This document shows positions 1 to 8,372 of a stretch of 20,342 nt of DNA, piece by piece (within the stretch, counting starts at the first letter, position 1; the number at the start of each line of letters is the position of its first letter). A program made the translations under genes and the position numbers. The stretch is from Candidatus Eiseniibacteriota bacterium (GTDB taxonomy: Bacteria > Eisenbacteria > RBG-16-71-46 > SZUA-252): assembly GCA_031370645.1 (NCBI GenBank), contig JANMQV010000187.1, forward strand, positions 1 through 20,342, written 5' to 3'. The notes beneath the pieces are model-generated. The model was not told the DNA's origin. It searched no databases and worked only from the letters and a program-made list of their open reading frames with translations.

Positions 1-25
1 GTCCGGCTGACTCCAGCGCTTGCAA

Positions 26-63
26 GTGACCGCCATTTGACGGGAAGATGATCATTCGGCAAT
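26..63 (+). promoter_or_regulatory. Putative OmpR-family (CusR/CopR-like) binding site upstream of the response regulator
   Basis: GTGAC(26), TTGAC(37), ATGAT(48) at 11-bp spacing, then N6-GCAAT. Closely matches boxes at 3059-3085 and 3136-3162. Confidence 0.55.
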
Positions 64-136
64 GTTCTCAGAGTCGAATTCGTTCTGGAGGCTGGTTGCC
101 CTAGACTTGTTGTCTGGAGACGGATCAAGGGGGCCC

Positions 137-814
137 ATGCGCATTCTACTCGTTGAAGACGATGAAACCGTGGCGGACTTCGTGCGGAAGGGATTGAAGG
201 AGGAGGGCTACGTCGTCGCCCACGCGGCCGACGGCGACTCCGGCCTCCACATGGCCCTGACCGAGACATTCGACGCCGCCATCATCGACATCATGCTACC
301 CGGAATGGACGGCCTGCAGATCATCGACGAAGTGCGTCGTCGTCGCGTGCGGCTTCCGGTCCTCATCCTGAGCGCGAAACGCTCCGTGGACGAGCGGGTC
401 GGCGGGCTCCGCGCCGGCGGGGACGACTATCTCACCAAACCGTTCGCTTTCTCCGAGTTGGTGGCGCGATTGCAGGCGCTCACGCGGCGCGCGCAGGAAG
501 GTTCGGAAGTGTCTCACGTCGATGTCGGCTCGCTTCAAATCGATCTCGCGCGCAGAACGGTCATTCGCGACGGACGCAAGATCGATCTGCCGCCCCGCGA
601 ATTCACGTTGTTGGCGTACTTGGCCAGAAACGCCGGGCGCGTCGTCTCGAAGACGATGATCATGGAGCAGGTGTGGGACTACAACTTCGACCCGCAGACA
701 AACGTCGTCGAATCCCGCATCTGTCGGCTCCGTGACAAGATCGACCGAGGGTTCGACCGCCCCCTCCTTCACACCGTCCGCGGCGTCGGGTACGTCCTCC
801 GTGAAGACTCCTAA
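137..814 (+). CDS. OmpR/PhoB-family response regulator (CusR/CopR/CzcR-like)
   Basis: MRILLVEDD start, DIMLPGMDG phospho-acceptor, GGDDYLTKPF, winged-helix end LRDKIDRGFDRPLLHTVRGVGY. ATG at 137 follows AAGGGGG; the ORF-track start at 62 is an unlikely extension. Confidence 0.96.
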   Translation: MRILLVEDDETVADFVRKGLKEEGYVVAHAADGDSGLHMALTETFDAAIIDIMLPGMDGLQIIDEVRRRRVRLPVLILSAKRSVDERVGGLRAGGDDYLTKPFAFSELVARLQALTRRAQEGSEVSHVDVGSLQIDLARRTVIRDGRKIDLPPREFTLLAYLARNAGRVVSKTMIMEQVWDYNFDPQTNVVESRICRLRDKIDRGFDRPLLHTVRGVGYVLREDS

Positions 815-2195
815 ACGAGGCGCCACCGTCGCGGTTCGGCTGACGCTGTGGTACACGGCGGCGTTCTCGGTCTCTTCCCTGCTGGCGATGGGGCTCGTGT
901 ACTCGTCGGTCGTGGGCGTCCTTCGCGCGAAGACGGACACGGAATTGCGCCAAGATCTCGAAGAGACTGTCGCCGTACTCGAGCGCGGCGGAATCGAAGG
1001 GTTCCGAGCGGAACTCGCCCGCGAACTCGCGGGCCCGGACTCGACACATGTCTTCTACCGGCTTTGGTCTCCCGCCGGGCTGCCGCTCGTGTCGGCCGGA
1101 TTCAACGCGCCGGATCAAGCAACTCGCCTTGTCGTGTTGGAGCGCCTCGAAGCCGCGGGGGCGTTCCTTCGCACGATCCACCCGTCGGGATTCGAGCACG
1201 CGGTCCGAGTCGCGTACGCGAGGTCTGATTCAGGCTTCGTCGTGGAGTTCGGACAGGCGCTCGACGAGGTCGAGGAACTTCTCGCTGCCTTCCGCAATGG
1301 GATTCTCATCGCGCTGCCCGCCATCTTGTTGCTCGGTGGCCTCATCGGTTGGGTCGTGGCACGCCGAGCCTTGCGGGGAGTGGAAGCCGTGACGCGGACG
1401 GCGTTGGAGATCGCCGATGGAGCCCTGGATCGGCGCGTCCCGGTTGGCGCCCAGAACGACGAGTTGGATCGGCTGGCACGGGCGTTCAACACGATGCTCG
1501 ATCGCATCGAAACGCTGATCGCCGGGATGCGCGAGGTCACGGACAATCTCGCGCACGATCTGCGGACACCGCTGGCTCGAGTCCGCGCGTCCGCGGAGCG
1601 CGCGTCCGCCGGGAGCGCGACCTCGGACGAGTGGGCTGCCCTTGCCGGCACCACCATCGAAGAGTGCGACCGATTGCTCCGGATTCTGAACAGCACCCTC
1701 GAGATCGCCGAGGCGCAGGCGGGCGCCGCGTCGCTCCGGCTCGAGGAAGTCGATTTGGCGCAGCTATTGGGAGAGGCGCGGGACCTGTTCACCACGCTGG
1801 CCGAGGATGGCGGGGTCGTGCTCGAGCTCGAAGCGCCGAACCGGCGCCTGGTGCGGGCGGATCGAAGCCGGGTGCAGCGAATTGTCGCGAACTTGCTCGA
1901 CAACGCGCTGAAGTACACGCCCCCCGGCGGCCGCGTCGTGATGAGCCTGAGAGACGAGGGCCGATGGGTTGTCGTCGACGTCGCCGACACGGGGATCGGC
2001 GTCTCGGCCGAGGATCTGCCGAAGATCTTCGAGCGGTTTTATCGCGTCGATGGCAGCCGCACGGGACACGGGAGCGGGCTGGGTCTCAGTCTCGCCCGCG
2101 CCTTTGCTCGTGCTCACGGCGGGGATCTGACCGCCGTGAGCACGCCCGGTTCGGGGAGCGTCTTCGCGCTCCGACTCAAGGGGAGCGCGGAATGA
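801..2195 (+). CDS. Membrane sensor histidine kinase (2 TM, HAMP, HisKA, HATPase; CusS/CzcS-like)
   Basis: TM1 RLTLWYTAAFSVSSLLAMGLVY, TM2, HAMP DELDRLARAFNTML, H-box LAHDLRTPL, NLLDNALKY, DTGIG, GSGLGLS. Probable GTG start at 801 overlaps the regulator stop by 14 nt. Confidence 0.94.
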   Translation: MKTPKRGATVAVRLTLWYTAAFSVSSLLAMGLVYSSVVGVLRAKTDTELRQDLEETVAVLERGGIEGFRAELARELAGPDSTHVFYRLWSPAGLPLVSAGFNAPDQATRLVVLERLEAAGAFLRTIHPSGFEHAVRVAYARSDSGFVVEFGQALDEVEELLAAFRNGILIALPAILLLGGLIGWVVARRALRGVEAVTRTALEIADGALDRRVPVGAQNDELDRLARAFNTMLDRIETLIAGMREVTDNLAHDLRTPLARVRASAERASAGSATSDEWAALAGTTIEECDRLLRILNSTLEIAEAQAGAASLRLEEVDLAQLLGEARDLFTTLAEDGGVVLELEAPNRRLVRADRSRVQRIVANLLDNALKYTPPGGRVVMSLRDEGRWVVVDVADTGIGVSAEDLPKIFERFYRVDGSRTGHGSGLGLSLARAFARAHGGDLTAVSTPGSGSVFALRLKGSAE

Positions 2196-2204
2196 ATCGC
2201 GAGG

Positions 2205-2966
2205 TCACTCCGTCGCGAATTCGCCAGAAGACAACGTCTGATTTCCGCTCTCGTCGATGGCCAGGACCTCCCACGCATACTTGGTGTGCGGCTCAAGGAA
2301 CGCGCGAGGAATCGCCATCGACAGAATGGAAGGTGGCAGATACATGCTGAGTCCCCACTTCCCGATCATTTTGGGATGCGGATCCCCGGTCCTCTCGACG
2401 ATGAGCTGATATCCGATGATGTTCACCGGTTTGCCTTCCAGCGATTGCGTTACCGCCCCCCACTTCATCACGAGGCCATCCAGCCCGACCGACGCGCCTT
2501 TCGCCGGGTACAGCAGCTCCGGCCCCTTGGGGATCGTGTGCGAGAGCGTCGCCGTGCCCTCGGTCTCCCCCGAGCTTTCCCCGTCGATCATCACGTGCCC
2601 TCGGTAGGTGTAGGTGCCCGCGGGGATGTCCTGAAGCAGTTCCTCAATCGGAACGTTGGCGTTCTCGGGCTCCACCGTTTCGAAGAACAACTCGGTCAAT
2701 CCGAGCTCGCCGAGCGCGCCCTTGCCCTCGAAATGCAGGACCGCCCCCTTGGGGCCGATCAAGTCCAATCGGTCCCATCCCTCGCTGTCGACCGCACCTT
2801 GGAACCCGGTGTCGTGGTCCGTGGCGTTGTGCTCGATGATGAACTTCGCCTCCTTGAGCGCCACGGGCCCCTTGGGACGAGCGATGGCCGGAAGCGCCAG
2901 AAGCGCGATGACGCCCGCGGCGCAAATCGCGCCCCCGATAGTCCGTTTCAATCGAATGATCGTCAT
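2205..2966 (-). CDS. Exported hypothetical protein, beta-rich, with possible fibronectin-III-like C-terminal domain
   Basis: AGGAGG RBS, signal peptide (...LLALPAIA-RP). C-terminal MKWGAV...IIGYQLIV...LEPHTKYAWEVLAIDESGNQT resembles an FN3 pattern. Confidence 0.8.
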   Translation of the reverse strand: MTIIRLKRTIGGAICAAGVIALLALPAIARPKGPVALKEAKFIIEHNATDHDTGFQGAVDSEGWDRLDLIGPKGAVLHFEGKGALGELGLTELFFETVEPENANVPIEELLQDIPAGTYTYRGHVMIDGESSGETEGTATLSHTIPKGPELLYPAKGASVGLDGLVMKWGAVTQSLEGKPVNIIGYQLIVERTGDPHPKMIGKWGLSMYLPPSILSMAIPRAFLEPHTKYAWEVLAIDESGNQTLSSGEFATE

Positions 2967-3058
2967 GGATTCCTCCTGTGGTGGGCTCGTGTCGTTCCAT
3001 CAACGGCGCATCGCGCGCGTTGTATGTATGAATGGTAGGCGGATTCCCTTGCCCCACC

Positions 3059-3085
3059 GTGACGGCCGGATGACACCTTCGTCAT
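3059..3085. promoter_or_regulatory. CusR/CopR-box-like site
   Basis: GTGAC-GGCCGG-ATGAC-ACCTTC-GTCAT. Contains the ATGAC-N6-GTCAT inverted repeat, the same core and spacing as the E. coli CusR box. Confidence 0.6.
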
Positions 3086-3135
3086 GCGAGGGGATGCCCG
3101 AAGCGCGAGATGCGGGGGCGCGGCCGCCGACTTCT

Positions 3136-3162
3136 CCGACGGGAACATGACCAAATCGCAAC
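3136..3162 (+). promoter_or_regulatory. Second response-regulator box
   Basis: CCGAC-GGGAAC-ATGAC-CAAATC-GCAAC aligns with TTGAC-GGGAAG-ATGAT-CATTCG-GCAAT at 37-63. Confidence 0.5.
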
Positions 3163-3242
3163 TCGCGCGCCATCTTCGGGTCACACACCTCGGGTACCAT
3201 GGAACGAACGGAGAAAGATCCACTCCGACTGGAGGAACTCTC

Positions 3243-4004
3243 ATGAGACGACCCGATGGCGGTGTCCGGCTGGCGATGATCGGCGCGGTCTGTTTCGGGA
3301 TTCTGGCCCACGGCCCGGCGAACGCAAGCCTCACCAGGAACGCGGCGGGCGCGAAAAACATCGGCGAGGCCGGGCGGCTCACGATCGACACGGCCGGAGA
3401 ACTCGAAAGCGATCAGGACGGAAAGAAATGGGTTCTCGAAGCCGGGGTCCAGTACCAGGTGTTCAACCGGCTCCAGTTACTCCTCGAGGGAGTTCCCTAC
3501 GAGCGATCTCACCCGAATGCCGGAAAGACTACGAGCGGCCTCGGCGACACGGGCCTTACGTTGTCGTGGCTGCTGGCGGGGGAGAACAAATCCCTCCCCT
3601 CCTTGGTGGTGGGCGGGAAGGTCAAGCTGCCCACGGCCGGCGAAGGGATCGGGACCCGGAGAGCGGACTACTCAACCATTCTCGTTCTCGGCAAGGAATT
3701 TGGCGAATTGGAACTGAACCTCGAGGCGGAGTACGCGACGTTCGGAGCGACTCCGAGCAAGGCACTCAAAAACCAACTGCTCTACACGGTCACGGCGGAG
3801 TACGGCCTCACCGACTTCCTCTCGGCGTACGCGGAACTGTTCGGCAACAGCGCCCCGACTTCCGCGGAATCGAGAAGCGACGCGGCTCTCGTCGGCCTTG
3901 AGTTCGACTACCAGATCAGCAAAGTAGCGGCCCCGTATCTTTCGTTCGAGATGGACACCGAAGGGGTGGGCTCGGCCCGAGCCGGAGTCGAGTGGACATG
4001 GTAG
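3243..4004 (+). CDS. Outer-membrane beta-barrel, putative 'transporter' (MetA-pathway phenol-degradation/COG4313-like)
   Basis: GGAGGA RBS before ATG 3243, signal peptide ending ANA, GLGDTGLTLSW and VKLPTA motifs, alternating beta-strands, C-terminal GVEWTW beta-signal. Confidence 0.8.
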   Translation: MRRPDGGVRLAMIGAVCFGILAHGPANASLTRNAAGAKNIGEAGRLTIDTAGELESDQDGKKWVLEAGVQYQVFNRLQLLLEGVPYERSHPNAGKTTSGLGDTGLTLSWLLAGENKSLPSLVVGGKVKLPTAGEGIGTRRADYSTILVLGKEFGELELNLEAEYATFGATPSKALKNQLLYTVTAEYGLTDFLSAYAELFGNSAPTSAESRSDAALVGLEFDYQISKVAAPYLSFEMDTEGVGSARAGVEWTW

Positions 4005-4078
4005 CGGGCGAATCCGCCAACGACGCGCCGAGACTCGGCACGTCGGACCGTCGGGTACAGGCAACAAGGAGGAACACC

Positions 4079-4837
4079 ATGAAATGCGACCTGCGTATCA
4101 TTGCTTCGACTTGTGCGGCAATCGGCTTGCTCGCCGGCTGCTCCGAGAATCGCGCCGGCGTTCCGGGCGGAACCGCCCCGTTCGCGCCCCGCGTGACGAA
4201 TGCGGCACTCCAGGCCCCGAGTCTCCCCACGGACGCGAGCGGCTGGGTTTCGGGGCTTAGCAACCCCTACCTCGCGTTCGAACGCGGCAGAGTTTTCAAC
4301 TACCGGGCCATGACTGGCGAAGGGGTGGAAACGACGATCATCGAAGTTACCAACGAGACGAAGACAATCCAGGGCGTCGTCACGACCGTCGTCCACGACC
4401 GCGTTTCGCTGAATGGGTCACTCATCGAAGACACGTTCGACTGGTACGCCCAGGATAACGAGGGAAACGTCTGGTACTTTGGCGAGGACTCGAAGCGAAT
4501 CGACCACGGTGTCGTCATCGGTACGGAAGGTTCCTGGGAAGCGGGGGTGAACGGCGCACGACCCGGGATCGCCATGCTTGGCGAGCCTGAAGTAGGCGCG
4601 AAATACCAGCAGGAGTTCGCGGCGGGCGTCGCCGAGGACATGGCGAGGGTGAGAAGCCTCTCCCGATCGGTCCAGGTTTCGTACGGAGCGTTCGACAACT
4701 GCCTTCAGACGTTCGAGTGGACCCCATTGGACCGGAGCGTGCGCGAATACAAGTACTACGCTCGGGGCGTGGGCTTGGTTCTGACGACTGAGGACAAGGG
4801 CAGCGTGCGCGACGAGTTGGTGTCCATCACGCCCTGA
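4079..4837 (+). CDS. Uncharacterised lipoprotein
   Basis: AGGAGG RBS, lipobox LLAG-C, protein-like motifs EDTFDWYAQDNEGNVWYFGE, GSWEAG, KYYARGVGLV. Confidence 0.85.
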   Translation: MKCDLRIIASTCAAIGLLAGCSENRAGVPGGTAPFAPRVTNAALQAPSLPTDASGWVSGLSNPYLAFERGRVFNYRAMTGEGVETTIIEVTNETKTIQGVVTTVVHDRVSLNGSLIEDTFDWYAQDNEGNVWYFGEDSKRIDHGVVIGTEGSWEAGVNGARPGIAMLGEPEVGAKYQQEFAAGVAEDMARVRSLSRSVQVSYGAFDNCLQTFEWTPLDRSVREYKYYARGVGLVLTTEDKGSVRDELVSITP

Positions 4838-4865
4838 AACGGCCGTCGTTGGCCAGCCCAAGCAG

Positions 4866-4899
4866 AAGCCCTAGGCGGGTACTCCGCCTGGGGCTTTTT
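4866..4899 (+). terminator. Rho-independent terminator
   Basis: AAGCCCTAGGCGG-GTACT-CCGCCTGGGGCTT stem running into a TTTTT tract, 28 nt after the lipoprotein stop. Confidence 0.85.
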
Positions 4900-5434
4900 G
4901 TATCGGCCCACGGGAACGTTGATCGCGGCAGTGCCGGGGTCGAAGAGTGATCGCCAAACCGGCGGCCCGAATCGTGGGGCTTTCCACCATCTGGTCGACG
5001 TATTCGCGATCATGTCGTATTGTCGCGGATGTCCTTTTAGTGTCGGAGTTCCGATACGAACTGGACTGAGTATCAGCCCTGAGACTTACTGCAGGTACCC
5101 TTCGATGTGAATCTTGCCCGTCGCGAAATTGGCACCCCTTCCTTGGAGTGGCTCTCGTCCCGCCGATCCCACTTCTCCCCCGCGGATCGCTGGAACGAAT
5201 CGCTGACCGAGACCCCTGGCTACGCGGTAAGTAGCTGTGAATGGGGAGGTTGGGCTGGAGCGCCGGATGCACCATTGCCCACTGCATCTGCCGGCGCGAC
5301 CATCGTCAATGTCGGAGCCGGCGCGGCCGATAAGGACTTATGGGCTGGGCAGATATCGAACCACCCTCGCGCCCCTGAGCGACGCCCGAAGAGTGACCAA
5401 CAATACCCCGCCACGGAGGCATCCTAGAGCGAGC

Positions 5435-7387
5435 ATGGACGAGAACCCCGAGCGAATCTCCGTCATCGTCGTCGAGTCCCACGACCTCATCGCCAAGCTG
5501 GTTGCTCGTCGCATCGCCGAGATCATTCGCGACCAGCGCGCGGCGGGGCGAATGGCGGTGCTTGGTCTCGCCACCGGCTCAACGCCGATCGGCGTCTATC
5601 GCGAGCTGATCCGGATGCACCGCGAGGAAGGACTCGATTGGTCGAACGTCAAGACGTTCAACCTCGACGAATACTTCCCCATGCCGTCCGACAGCGTCCA
5701 TAGCTACCACCGGTTCATGCGGGAGAATCTCTTCGACCACGTGAACATCGATCCGCGAAACGTTCACATTCCGCGCGGGGACCTTCCTCGCGAGGCGATC
5801 CACGCGCACTGCGCCGATTATGAACAGGCCATCGCGGTCGCGGGTGGAATCGACTTCCAGATTCTGGGAGTCGGGCAGACGGGGCACATCGGCTTCAACG
5901 AACCCGGTTCGAGCACCGCGTCGCGCACCCGCCTCATCGCCCTGGACACGATTACCCGCCGCACCGCCGCCTCCGACTTCTTCGGCGCCGAGAACGTCCC
6001 TGCTGAGGCGATCACCATGGGCGTCGCGACCATCCTCGAAGCACGGGAGATCGCGCTCATCGCAACGGGCGAGCACAAGGCCGCCATCGTGAAGCGATCC
6101 GTCGAAGGCGACATCGATCGGTCCGTGACCGCGACCTACCTTCAGCAGCACCCGAACGCGACGGTCTATCTCGACAACGCCGCGGCGGCGAAACTGACCC
6201 GCGTGAGGACCCCGTGGCTCCTCCGCGAGATCGAGTGGACTCCGCGCCTTGCGATCGAAGCCGTCGTCTGGCTTTCCGAGATCACGGGCAAATCGGTCCT
6301 CAAGCTGGCCGACGTCGACTATCGCGAACACCACCTCGGGGCGCTTCTCGGGCGCCACGGTTCCTCCGCAGCGCTCAACGGCGTCGTTTTCAACGCGCTG
6401 GGAGCCAAGATCCGCGGGCGAAGCGGACTCCCCCGGGGCCGGCGCATCCTTGTGTTCTCTCCCCATCCGGACGACGACGTGATCTCGGCGGGAGGAACGC
6501 TCCACAAACTTCGCCAGAATGAGAACGATCTGCTCGTGGCGTACATGACGTCGGGCAACATCGCCGTGTTCGATCACGAAGTTCGGCGCTATCTCGACTT
6601 CATTCGCCGGACAGCGGGAGACTTCGAATACGGAACCGAACGACTGCAATCGCTGCTGGCGGATGTGGAAGAGTCCCTCCGGCGGAAACAGCCGGGTCAG
6701 TTGGACTCCGACGCAGTGCTGATGCTGAAGCGCCGGCTCCGGGAAGTCGAGGCGGTCTCCGCCGTCGAGACGCTCCGCTTGAGCCCGGAACAGACTCGAT
6801 TCCTGAATCTTCCCTTCTACCAAACCGGAACGGTGAGGAAGGATCCGATCGGCGAGCGAGACGTCGAGATCATCCTCGCGTTGCTGGAAGAGCGTCGTCC
6901 CGAAATCATTCTCGTCGCCGGTGACCTCTCCGATCCGCACGGGACGCACCGCATGTGCAAGGAAGCGATCGAGCGGGCGCTTGAGCGATACTCGGGAGAG
7001 CCGCCCGAGATCTGGCTCTATCGCGGAGCCTGGGAGGAGTGGTCCATCGCCGAGGCCGACATCCTCGTGCCAATGTCGGAAGAAGAACTGCGACTCAAGA
7101 TCAACGCCATCTTCAAGCATCAGAGCCAGAAAGACCGCGCGCCCTTCCCCGGGGTCGACGAGCGTGAGTTCTGGCAGCGCGTCGAGGAGCGAAACAAGGG
7201 AACGGCACGGCTGGTCGATGGGCTGGGGCTCTCGGAGTACTACGCGATGGAAGCCTTGGTGGTGCAGGGTGCGGTCTCTACCCCCCAAAACGAGCCAACC
7301 GGCGGGCATACTCACGTCGAGCCTGCCCACCGGCTGAGCGTTGGGCGTCGTTATGGCGTGTTCAAGTCGAAACTGAACACTGCCTGA
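5435..7387 (+). CDS. nagB: Glucosamine-6-phosphate deaminase fused to a PIG-L/LmbE deacetylase-like domain (long-form NagB)
   Basis: LGLATGSTP, FNLDEY, GHIGFNEPGS, AITMGVATI in the N-half; SPHPDDDVIS, DPHGTH and IFKHQSQKD in the C-half. Start placed at ATG 5435 (MDENPERI). Confidence 0.95.
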   Translation: MDENPERISVIVVESHDLIAKLVARRIAEIIRDQRAAGRMAVLGLATGSTPIGVYRELIRMHREEGLDWSNVKTFNLDEYFPMPSDSVHSYHRFMRENLFDHVNIDPRNVHIPRGDLPREAIHAHCADYEQAIAVAGGIDFQILGVGQTGHIGFNEPGSSTASRTRLIALDTITRRTAASDFFGAENVPAEAITMGVATILEAREIALIATGEHKAAIVKRSVEGDIDRSVTATYLQQHPNATVYLDNAAAAKLTRVRTPWLLREIEWTPRLAIEAVVWLSEITGKSVLKLADVDYREHHLGALLGRHGSSAALNGVVFNALGAKIRGRSGLPRGRRILVFSPHPDDDVISAGGTLHKLRQNENDLLVAYMTSGNIAVFDHEVRRYLDFIRRTAGDFEYGTERLQSLLADVEESLRRKQPGQLDSDAVLMLKRRLREVEAVSAVETLRLSPEQTRFLNLPFYQTGTVRKDPIGERDVEIILALLEERRPEIILVAGDLSDPHGTHRMCKEAIERALERYSGEPPEIWLYRGAWEEWSIAEADILVPMSEEELRLKINAIFKHQSQKDRAPFPGVDEREFWQRVEERNKGTARLVDGLGLSEYYAMEALVVQGAVSTPQNEPTGGHTHVEPAHRLSVGRRYGVFKSKLNTA

Positions 7388-7956
7388 ACATTGAAGTACT
7401 GCGTCGAGTTGCCTTCCGTGAAGATGTCGTGGTAGAGCCCCTGCAGTCCGATGTGCGTCTTCGACCCGGCATCGAACATCACGCCGAACCCGCCGTTAAT
7501 GCCCGCGTCGCTGTTCGAGTCGCTCGCCACAAGTCCGGCGGCCTCGATTGTCGCCTTGTAGCTGTAGATCCCACCTCCGGCGATAAAGTAGGGGCGGGTC
7601 GTGCTCTCCGGATTGAAGAAGAACTTCATATCCGCGCCGTAGTGCATCACGGTGTAGTGCCCGTCGGCCGTGAAGGGGAAGATCAGGAGGTCCAGCGCGG
7701 TCTTGAGATCGTCCGAAATCCCGTTCCGGTTGTACTGAATCGTCCCTCCCAGCGTGACAGCGGGTGATACCGCGTAGTCCACGCTCGCCGCACCGCCGAA
7801 CCCGGTCTTCGCCACGTCGCCGAAGTCTCCGGTGGGGACTTGAAGCCCACCCGCCAGCGTACCGACCATCTGGCCCTTCTTCATTCCCGCCGCGGACGCG
7901 CTCGATGCGACCAACGCAAACGCCGCGACCATTGCGATCCCCATCTTGAGTGTCAT
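7351..7956 (-). CDS. Small outer-membrane beta-barrel protein (OmpA/OmpW-like, probably 8-stranded)
   Basis: GGAGG RBS, signal peptide ending ASA-A, RPYFIAGGG, GINGGFGV, terminal strand YFNVQAVFSF. Confidence 0.88.
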   Translation of the reverse strand: MTLKMGIAMVAAFALVASSASAAGMKKGQMVGTLAGGLQVPTGDFGDVAKTGFGGAASVDYAVSPAVTLGGTIQYNRNGISDDLKTALDLLIFPFTADGHYTVMHYGADMKFFFNPESTTRPYFIAGGGIYSYKATIEAAGLVASDSNSDAGINGGFGVMFDAGSKTHIGLQGLYHDIFTEGNSTQYFNVQAVFSFDLNTP

Positions 7957-8057
7957 CGCCTGCCTCCCCCGTTTCAGGTGAGCGACACCGGACCGGTTGC
8001 GCCGTGTCGCCGCGTACCCTGCTCCGATTGTGGCGACATGTCAATCATCCCCAATCC

Positions 8058-8228
8058 TACTGGACGATCGTCTCGGAGATGGAAGTGCCGAGCCTCAAGG
8101 CATTCGAGGAGATGTTCTCGGGACAGGGCGACGACGAGAAAGCCATGAAGGAGTTTGAGAAGATCATGGACGGATACCACGATCTCGTGGAGCACGGACG
8201 GCGGGAGATTTACAAGATCGAGGGATAG
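8058..8228 (+). pseudogene. Probable 5'-truncated remnant of a small NIPSNAP/dimeric alpha-beta-barrel-like gene
   Basis: YWTIVSEMEVPSLKAFEEMF...GYHDLVEHGRREIYKIEG* is strongly protein-like with a GC3-rich codon pattern. The in-frame upstream sequence is not protein-like and is the 5' region of the opposite-strand gene. Confidence 0.55.
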
Positions 8229-8272
8229 GCGAGTGGCGGCGCACGCGATTCCCGAGACCCACGAACAACCAG

Positions 8273-8325
8273 ACGCGCACCTCCAGGCGAGCATGAATCG
8301 AATCTCGCTCGATGGAGGTGCGCGT
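8273..8325. terminator. Strong hairpin between convergent genes
   Basis: Perfect 13-bp inverted repeat ACGCGCACCTCCA / TGGAGGTGCGCGT with an inner GCGAG/CTCGC stem. No U-tract. Confidence 0.5.
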
Positions 8326-8372
8326 GGTACGACTGGATCGCCGAACTCGGTTCGCCGATCGGAATCAGGAAT

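Noticed and set aside
62-136. ORF-track upstream starts (62, 732, 3084, 3992, 5237, 9554, 13278)
   Set aside because: Downstream starts fit better with RBS position, signal peptides or family N-termini, and several extensions run through promoter elements.
5129-5146. TTGGCAC resembling a sigma54 -24 element
   Set aside because: No GC at the -12 position (GG-N10-TT), and it lies about 290 nt from the next start.
5255-5365. Possible glmS ribozyme upstream of an amino-sugar gene (AGCGCCGGA start)
   Set aside because: The conserved GACGAGG core and downstream pseudoknot elements are not visible, and the ribozyme normally precedes glmS rather than nagB.
5579-7330. 583-aa ORF antisense to nagB (also 1349-2350, 1115-1990, 11832-12827, 13610-14419, 16654-17946 and similar)
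   Set aside because: Shadow or alternate-frame ORFs expected in GC-rich DNA. They have no recognisable motifs and overlap well-supported genes.
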